DNA of 64,000 nt from the NCBI GenBank assembly GCA_964519305.1, contig CAZFHY010000006.1, forward strand, positions 89,835 to 153,834, in the 5' to 3' direction. The notes beneath the pieces were generated by a model. It made no database searches. It was given only the letters and a program-made list of their open reading frames with translations, and was not told the DNA's origin. This document shows positions 58,940 through 64,000 of the stretch, in pieces; position 1 is the first letter of the stretch, and every line of letters starts with the position of its first letter. The position numbers were made by a program, and so were the translations under genes. This DNA comes from Candidatus Undinarchaeota archaeon (GTDB lineage Archaea; SpSt-1190; JASMDC01).

Positions 58940-59602
58940 ATGCCCTCCGACCCGGAGGAGGTTGATGGTCTGGTTGAGCCAGAACCCAGTAATACCCTTC
59001 CTCTGGTGCGAGTGGGTGTCGTCCTGGCAGTGCTCTGCTTGTTCCTCTATACTGCAGCCCGCTTGAACGCTCCCCAAGGATGTGCGGTCATCCATATCAA
59101 AGGATCATTGGCTGGCGGCAAAGAATCCCGGGTCACCTATGAAGGGGCAAGGGGCGTGATCACGGTCGAAGGAGGGAACTTCAACCAGCTGGTACAGGCA
59201 GCTGATCGGTTGGCGCTCTTCTTCCTGGGTGTTTCCGGTGAGCAGTACAACCTTAACCTCAAAGGGGAGATGCGGACCTATGAGATACCCTTTCCTGTCA
59301 AGACCGTTGACGGCGGGATGACCGAGATAATGGTCGGGATGCGTTCCAATCCATCCCGCCTGGGTGACATCCCGGTGGATGATCAGGAGGGGCTCGAACG
59401 GTTCATTGAGGCACGTCCGGCCCGATTCGCTTTCGCTTTCCATCCCAATGCTGGAGGTGAGGACGTGGTGGCCGCAACCGAAGTGTCCACTGCTCTGGCG
59501 CTCCGGTTCAGTTATCTGAACACCACTGACGACATCCTGACATTCAATGAGGCGACCGGCGGTGTCCACAGCCTTGAGACCGCACTGGAGGCGTGCACAT
59601 GA
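58940..59602 (+). CDS. Membrane-anchored hypothetical protein
   Basis: Single TM; first gene of the carS operon; TATTAAAA upstream. Confidence 0.65.
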   Translation: MPSDPEEVDGLVEPEPSNTLPLVRVGVVLAVLCLFLYTAARLNAPQGCAVIHIKGSLAGGKESRVTYEGARGVITVEGGNFNQLVQAADRLALFFLGVSGEQYNLNLKGEMRTYEIPFPVKTVDGGMTEIMVGMRSNPSRLGDIPVDDQEGLERFIEARPARFAFAFHPNAGGEDVVAATEVSTALALRFSYLNTTDDILTFNEATGGVHSLETALEACT

Positions 59603-60105
59603 GCCTTCCGATGGAGATCCTGAACGCCTTCCTGTACTTCTTACCCGCATATATGGCGAACATGGCCCCCTGCTACATGGCCCATTTCTCTTTCTTCAAG
59701 GCGCTCGCCTATCCTCTGGATATGGGCCGGGAGTGGATGGATGGCCGACGCATATTGGGTGAGGGCAAGACTATTGCCGGATTCGTGTACGCTGCTGTCA
59801 TCGGTGCTGCTGTATCTCTGGGTCAGGGTAATACGTGGATGCTCGGTTTCGTGATGGCGATCGGTGCGCTCATGGGTGACCTCGCCGGGTCCTTCCTGAA
59901 ACGTCGGATCGATGTGGGCCGTGGGGAACGAACGCTGCTCCTTGATCAGCTCGACTTCGTGGTCGGAGCGCTGATCGTCCTGTATCTCGTCGGATGGGCG
60001 CCACCGCTGAGGACCATGGTAATACTCCTCCTCATCACTCCTCCGCTCCACCTGCTGATGAACTTCGTCGGCTACGCGCTCAAATACAAGGAGGTGCCTT
60101 GGTGA
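59599..60105 (+). CDS. carS: CDP-archaeol synthase
   Basis: PAYMANMAP, DGRRILGEGKT, GDLAGSFLKRR, LDQLDF, KEVPW. Confidence 0.96.
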   Translation: MSLPMEILNAFLYFLPAYMANMAPCYMAHFSFFKALAYPLDMGREWMDGRRILGEGKTIAGFVYAAVIGAAVSLGQGNTWMLGFVMAIGALMGDLAGSFLKRRIDVGRGERTLLLDQLDFVVGALIVLYLVGWAPPLRTMVILLLITPPLHLLMNFVGYALKYKEVPW

Positions 60106-60461
60106 CGGATGAGCTGAAGCAGGTCATAGTCTTCCGTAGGGACCTCAAGCTCAGCCGCGGGAAGGCGGTCGTCCAGGGTGCCCATGCCGCCATTGGCGCC
60201 TTTGAGCGTGCCCAGCGCTCTCGCCGGGAGTGGGTGGACACATGGGGTCGGGAAGGGCAGCGAAAGATAGCAGTCCATGTAGACTCCCTCGATGACCTTC
60301 TGGACCTATATGGCCGGGTCCAGCGCGTACCGCTCCCGTGTTTTCTGGTCCGCGACGCTGGCTATACCGAGATCCCGGCCGGCACGGTTACGGCCCTGGG
60401 TATAGGTCCGGCACCAGAGGATGCGATGGACCGTCTCACGGGCGATCTCAAGCTCATGTGA
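60102..60461 (+). CDS. pth2: Peptidyl-tRNA hydrolase 2
   Basis: KQVIV.R.DL..S.GK...Q.AHA, DAGYTEI..GT.T..GIGP, TG.LKL. Confidence 0.96.
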   Translation: MTDELKQVIVFRRDLKLSRGKAVVQGAHAAIGAFERAQRSRREWVDTWGREGQRKIAVHVDSLDDLLDLYGRVQRVPLPCFLVRDAGYTEIPAGTVTALGIGPAPEDAMDRLTGDLKLM

Positions 60462-60470
60462 GGGTGTCAG

Positions 60471-61124
60471 ATGCTCGCCGCGATCATCCCCGCTTTTCAC
60501 GAGACCGACGCCATCGCTACCGTGGTCAAGGACACGCTCCCTCACGTAGACCGGGTCGTGGTTGTGGACGATGGCTCCAAGGACGGGACCGACGCCGCTG
60601 CTAGAAAGGCAGGGGCGGAGGTAGTCGTCCATCCGGAGAACCGTGGGAAGGGCGCTGCCATGGAGACGGGCGTTGCCGCCGTGGACGCGGATATCTATGT
60701 GATGCTCGATGCTGACGGTCAGCATGATCCCTCCGATATCCCTCAGCTGGTTAAAGGGCTGGAGGGAAGCACAATGTGCATCGGGAGCCGGTTCCTGGGG
60801 GATGTTTCCCAGATGCCCTTCCAGCGACGGTTGTCCAACCGACTTGTTAGCAGTATATGCACTCTAACGACCGGCATGCACCTCACTGACGTCCAGTCGG
60901 GGTTCCGGGCGTTCCGTGGGGAGCACGCTGCTGAACTAGTGCGAGGGTTCGAGCGTTATACCGTGGAGGTAGGGATGGTGCTCCGAGCTGCCGACCTCAG
61001 TCTTGCCGTGACCGAGGCGCCCATCATCGCGGTATACGGCGACGAGCGCTCAAAGATCAATCCACTGGTCGATGGCCTGCGTGTGATCCGCCTTCTTGTG
61101 GGCCACTTACTAGGTCGTCGGTGA
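60471..61124 (+). CDS. Glycosyltransferase family 2 (DPM1-like)
   Basis: VVDDGSKD, NRGKG, DADGQHDP, TDVQSGFRA. Confidence 0.92.
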   Translation: MLAAIIPAFHETDAIATVVKDTLPHVDRVVVVDDGSKDGTDAAARKAGAEVVVHPENRGKGAAMETGVAAVDADIYVMLDADGQHDPSDIPQLVKGLEGSTMCIGSRFLGDVSQMPFQRRLSNRLVSSICTLTTGMHLTDVQSGFRAFRGEHAAELVRGFERYTVEVGMVLRAADLSLAVTEAPIIAVYGDERSKINPLVDGLRVIRLLVGHLLGRR

Positions 61125-61160
61125 ACCTTTAAAAGCGATGATAGGACCTTCCACCTTTTC

Positions 61161-61340
61161 GTGAGAACGGACGAGGTCACCGAATGCTTCTTCTGCATGA
61201 TCGGAGAGGACGATCCTGTGCAGACGCCTCTGGTGTGCGATGATTGTGGCAAGCCAGCCTGTTGCGCACGGGGACATATGGAGCACGAGATCGAGGGCGA
61301 CGCCATCCGGCACGTATGCCAGGACTGCCTCGATGGCTAA
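61161..61340 (+). CDS. Small zinc-finger protein (59 aa, absent from ORF track)
   Basis: CFFC..CDDCGKPACC...H..VCQDC; TTTAAAA about 30 nt upstream; overlaps the dph5 start. Confidence 0.7.
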   Translation: MRTDEVTECFFCMIGEDDPVQTPLVCDDCGKPACCARGHMEHEIEGDAIRHVCQDCLDG

Positions 61341-62166
61341 AGGTCAGCTATTCCTCATCGGTCTGGGGCTCTACAACGAGCAGAGCCCGTCCCTTGAAGC
61401 TCTGGAGACGATGCGTTCCTGCACGACACTGTTCGCCGAGTTCTACACAGGTCTCATGGCTGGGCTCGACCGCAAGCGTCTTGAAGAGCTCGCCGGCGGT
61501 CCTATCGAAGTTCTCAAACGCGAGGATGTGGAGTCACGGGCGGAGCGTATAATCGAGGCCACTGCGAAGGGCGACGTGGGATTCCTTGTCCAAGGGGATC
61601 CAATGGTCGCCACGACGCACCCGGACCTTAGATTGCGTGCCCATGCTGAGGGCGTTACTACCCGCGTGGTGCACGGCACCTCCATCTACTCGGCGGTTGG
61701 AGTGACTGGGCTCCAGCTCGTCCGGTTCGGTAAGGCCGGCTCCGTGCCTTTTCCTCATCCCAGCTACCTTCCCACATCACCGCTCGAGGTGGTGCACCAG
61801 AACATCGAGCGGGACTGCCATACCTTGCTGGTCATGGACATTGTGGCTGACGAGGCACGGTACATGACCGCCAACGAGGGTATGGACACCCTTCTTGCCA
61901 TGGAGCGGTTACTTGCGGAACGGCGGGGCGGCCCGCCTCAGGACGGTGCTCCTCTGATTGACGGTGACTCCCTGATGATTGCTCTGGCCCGGGCCGGGTC
62001 CCCGGAGCCCGTGGTGCGGGCTGGCCCACTCCGGATGCTTCGGGAGGAGGACCTCGGCCCACCACCCCATCTGCTCGTGGTCCCCGCCAAGCTCCATTAC
62101 ATGGAGGCCGCCTATCTCCACGCCTTCGCTGGACTACCGGCGGAGCTAGTCCCTGATGAAGGATGA
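61333..62166 (+). CDS. dph5: Diphthine synthase
   Basis: LIGLGL, EFYT, GDPMVATTH, SIYSA, FGK, HTLL..D, PPH.LVVP..LH..E. Confidence 0.96.
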   Translation: MAKGQLFLIGLGLYNEQSPSLEALETMRSCTTLFAEFYTGLMAGLDRKRLEELAGGPIEVLKREDVESRAERIIEATAKGDVGFLVQGDPMVATTHPDLRLRAHAEGVTTRVVHGTSIYSAVGVTGLQLVRFGKAGSVPFPHPSYLPTSPLEVVHQNIERDCHTLLVMDIVADEARYMTANEGMDTLLAMERLLAERRGGPPQDGAPLIDGDSLMIALARAGSPEPVVRAGPLRMLREEDLGPPPHLLVVPAKLHYMEAAYLHAFAGLPAELVPDEG

Positions 62167-62201
62167 GGCTCGGTTCCAGAGCGTTCGATAAATACCGCGC
62201 C

Positions 62202-63119
62202 TTACGACAGAAGGACCACACGGCTAGGTTCTTGCTCATCTGTGATCTCGTAGCCGGTCGCTTTTGCTAGTCGCTTAGCGAAGTCCTTTACCTCTTGATG
62301 GGATGGCATGGCCTCGCGGGGAAGACGCTTGCGGGAGAAACCCACGTGCATGTACGCCTTGCACTCGATATACTTCGGTTCTGCCTTCTTAATGAGCTTG
62401 GCATATCCCTCGGGATTGGTCATGTTATGTCCCTTGACCAACGTGAGCCTGATGACCGTCCTGCAGCGGAACGACGGGAGCTTTTCAAGGCTCTCGTTCA
62501 ACCGGTCCCAGGAAGACGCGTTCATGGGTCTGTCCATGGCAAGATAACGTTCTCGGTCAGGAGCGTCGAGGGATATGTAGAGCTGGGTCGGTTCGGTGAA
62601 CGTGGGGAGCCGGTCCGGCCGAGTGCCGTTAGTGACCAGGAATGTAGTGATACCGCGGTTGTGGAACTCGAAGATGAGGTCGTCGATACGGTGGTAGAGA
62701 GTGGGCTCGCCCGCAAGTGAGATGGCGGCGTTGCGGGGGCTGAACGCCTCATCCAGCCGCTCCTTATCGACCTCGTCAAGTCCTTTGAACCCTATGAGAA
62801 GCTTTCGCTGTGCTGCTATCGCACCGTCCACGATGTCCTTGGGCTCGTCCACGTCCTCGTCCATATCCCCTCCCAGTGTGTGCTCCACGGGGCGCCAGCA
62901 GAGGAGACACTGGTGGTCGCACCACCCTACCGCAGGGGTCATCTGGAGACAGCGATGGCTCTCGATCCCGTAGAACTTCTGCTTGTAGCATACTTGCCCC
63001 GGACCCTCCCTGATCGAACGTTTCGTCCAGTGGCAGGTCTTGACCGCTGAGTGCCGACCGACCACGACGTAATGGTGCTTGGTAAGTAGTTCACGAAGCT
63101 CAGGAGTGAGCTCGGGCAT
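62202..63119 (-). CDS. taw1: 4-demethylwyosine synthase TYW1 (radical SAM)
   Basis: HSAVKTCHW, CYKQKFYGIESHRC, CDHQCLLCWR, SLAGEPT, KAYMHVGFSR. Confidence 0.97.
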   Translation of the reverse strand: MPELTPELRELLTKHHYVVVGRHSAVKTCHWTKRSIREGPGQVCYKQKFYGIESHRCLQMTPAVGWCDHQCLLCWRPVEHTLGGDMDEDVDEPKDIVDGAIAAQRKLLIGFKGLDEVDKERLDEAFSPRNAAISLAGEPTLYHRIDDLIFEFHNRGITTFLVTNGTRPDRLPTFTEPTQLYISLDAPDRERYLAMDRPMNASSWDRLNESLEKLPSFRCRTVIRLTLVKGHNMTNPEGYAKLIKKAEPKYIECKAYMHVGFSRKRLPREAMPSHQEVKDFAKRLAKATGYEITDEQEPSRVVLLS

Positions 63120-63156
63120 GATGTGGTGGGGTGAGGGGCACACTTTTGAATGTTTG

Positions 63157-63307
63157 GAAAGCCGGGCAGAACAAGGCAGCGGCGAGCGCGTGACCGGCGC
63201 CCGCCGCCGCGGGTATTGGGAGGGGAGGGAGCAAGGCTCCCGAACGGACCGTCGTCGCCTTCCCCTTCGGGCGACTCCCCTTCGACGCGATTTACTAACG
63301 CGCTTTC
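63157..63307. ncRNA. Candidate structured intergenic RNA, family unassigned
   Basis: Several nested GC-rich stems closed by GAAAGC/GCTTTC. Confidence 0.3.
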
Positions 63308-63329
63308 AGGGCGTCCTTGGACCTATTAA

Positions 63330-63998
63330 TCACTCGTGGATCTTCTGTACCTGCTCCTTGGCACGGAGGCGCTTCATGTCGCGAACAACATCGGACAGTT
63401 CACGCACGTTCTCCGCGATTGTGGGGAAGATCCGCTGGAGCACGCGCTGGAGCGCATTGATCTGGGCACCCACGCCCTCAAGCTCCTTGCTGTACTCTTC
63501 CAGACGCACGGTTGAGTGCTCCTGCAGTTCCACGTAGCGTGACTTGAGCTCGGCCAGTTCCTCTCGGATCTCGGCCATGCTCTCGTGCAGGTCCGTGCGG
63601 AAAGACTCAAGGTCCTCGATGCGAACCTCTGCTTCTCTCCATTTCTCGTCCACAATCTTTTCTACAAGGGCCTCGATGTTACGTCCACCGGGCGCTCCTC
63701 CGGGAGCTCCCATGTCGGGCCCCATTCCTGGCGGTCCTCCCATTCCTGGTGGACCCATTCCTGGCGGTCCTCCCATTCCTGGTGGACCCATGCCGGGCGG
63801 CCCCATTCCTGGTGGTCCCATCCCTGGCGGCCCCATTCCTGGTGGTCCCATTCCTGGTGGACCCATATCCATTCCTGGTGGACCCATGCCGGGCGGCCCC
63901 ATTCCTGGCGGTCCTCCCGGGGGTCCCATTCCTGGTGGTCCCATTCCCGGCGGACCCATGTCCATACCTGGTCGTCCCAGCCCTGGTGGTCCCAGTCC
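63330..63998 (-). CDS. Pro/Gly/Met-rich coiled-coil protein, 5' end beyond the window
   Basis: (GPPGM)n, then IEALVEKIVDEKW and heptads; frame open to the window edge. Confidence 0.8.
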   Translation of the reverse strand, partial: GLGPPGLGRPGMDMGPPGMGPPGMGPPGGPPGMGPPGMGPPGMDMGPPGMGPPGMGPPGMGPPGMGPPGMGPPGMGGPPGMGPPGMGGPPGMGPDMGAPGGAPGGRNIEALVEKIVDEKWREAEVRIEDLESFRTDLHESMAEIREELAELKSRYVELQEHSTVRLEEYSKELEGVGAQINALQRVLQRIFPTIAENVRELSDVVRDMKRLRAKEQVQKIHE

Positions 63999-64000
63999 TG
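63710..64000 (-). repeat. 15-bp coding tandem repeat (GPPGM)
   Basis: CCCATTCCTGGTGG(A/T)-type units repeated with synonymous variation. Confidence 0.9.

Noticed and set aside
63156-63170. GGAAAGCCGGGC as RNase P RNA conserved region I
   Set aside because: Lacks the GAGGAA context and matching 3' region, and the interval is too short.
63710-64000. Short tandem repeats as a CRISPR array
   Set aside because: Contiguous 15-bp coding units without spacers.
1-64000. tRNA, rRNA, integrase or prophage genes
   Set aside because: No T-loop/cloverleaf, rRNA signature, recombinase or virion protein motifs recognised by eye; a tRNAscan-SE/Infernal run would be decisive.

Overview
GC-rich, gene-dense archaeal window. 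Archaeal markers include LonB, SUI1, MC1, CarS, Pth2, Dph5, Taw1, TATA-box promoters and class III signal peptides. The GQAAMEFLMSYGW-type pilin and several orphan families resemble those of DPANN lineages (inference). Layout: (1) 1-20.9 kb is a cell-envelope tailoring cluster (carbamoyltransferase, two flippase-like proteins, three B12-binding radical SAM enzymes, GT-C-like and GT2 glycosyltransferases, oxidoreductase). It is interrupted by a pilin/adhesin cassette flanked by about 80-bp inverted repeats and by a solo tnpB IS200/IS605 element. (2) 21-30 kb holds a PLD nuclease, a U32/UbiUV-like pair and an SNF2 helicase with a YqhG-like partner. (3) 30-38.5 kb holds a two-gene unit encoding a protein of five tandem Cys-less E2/UEV-like domains plus a membrane coiled-coil zinc-finger partner, next to large pilin-like/secreted proteins. 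(4) 38.5-64 kb is housekeeping genes mixed with orphans. No rRNA, tRNA or CRISPR array was seen. Top leads: the poly-UEV system, the IR-flanked adhesin cassette, a shared UBA-like N-terminal module in four membrane proteins, a shared upstream promoter element and two structured intergenic RNA candidates. All family calls come from reading motifs by eye, not from database searches.
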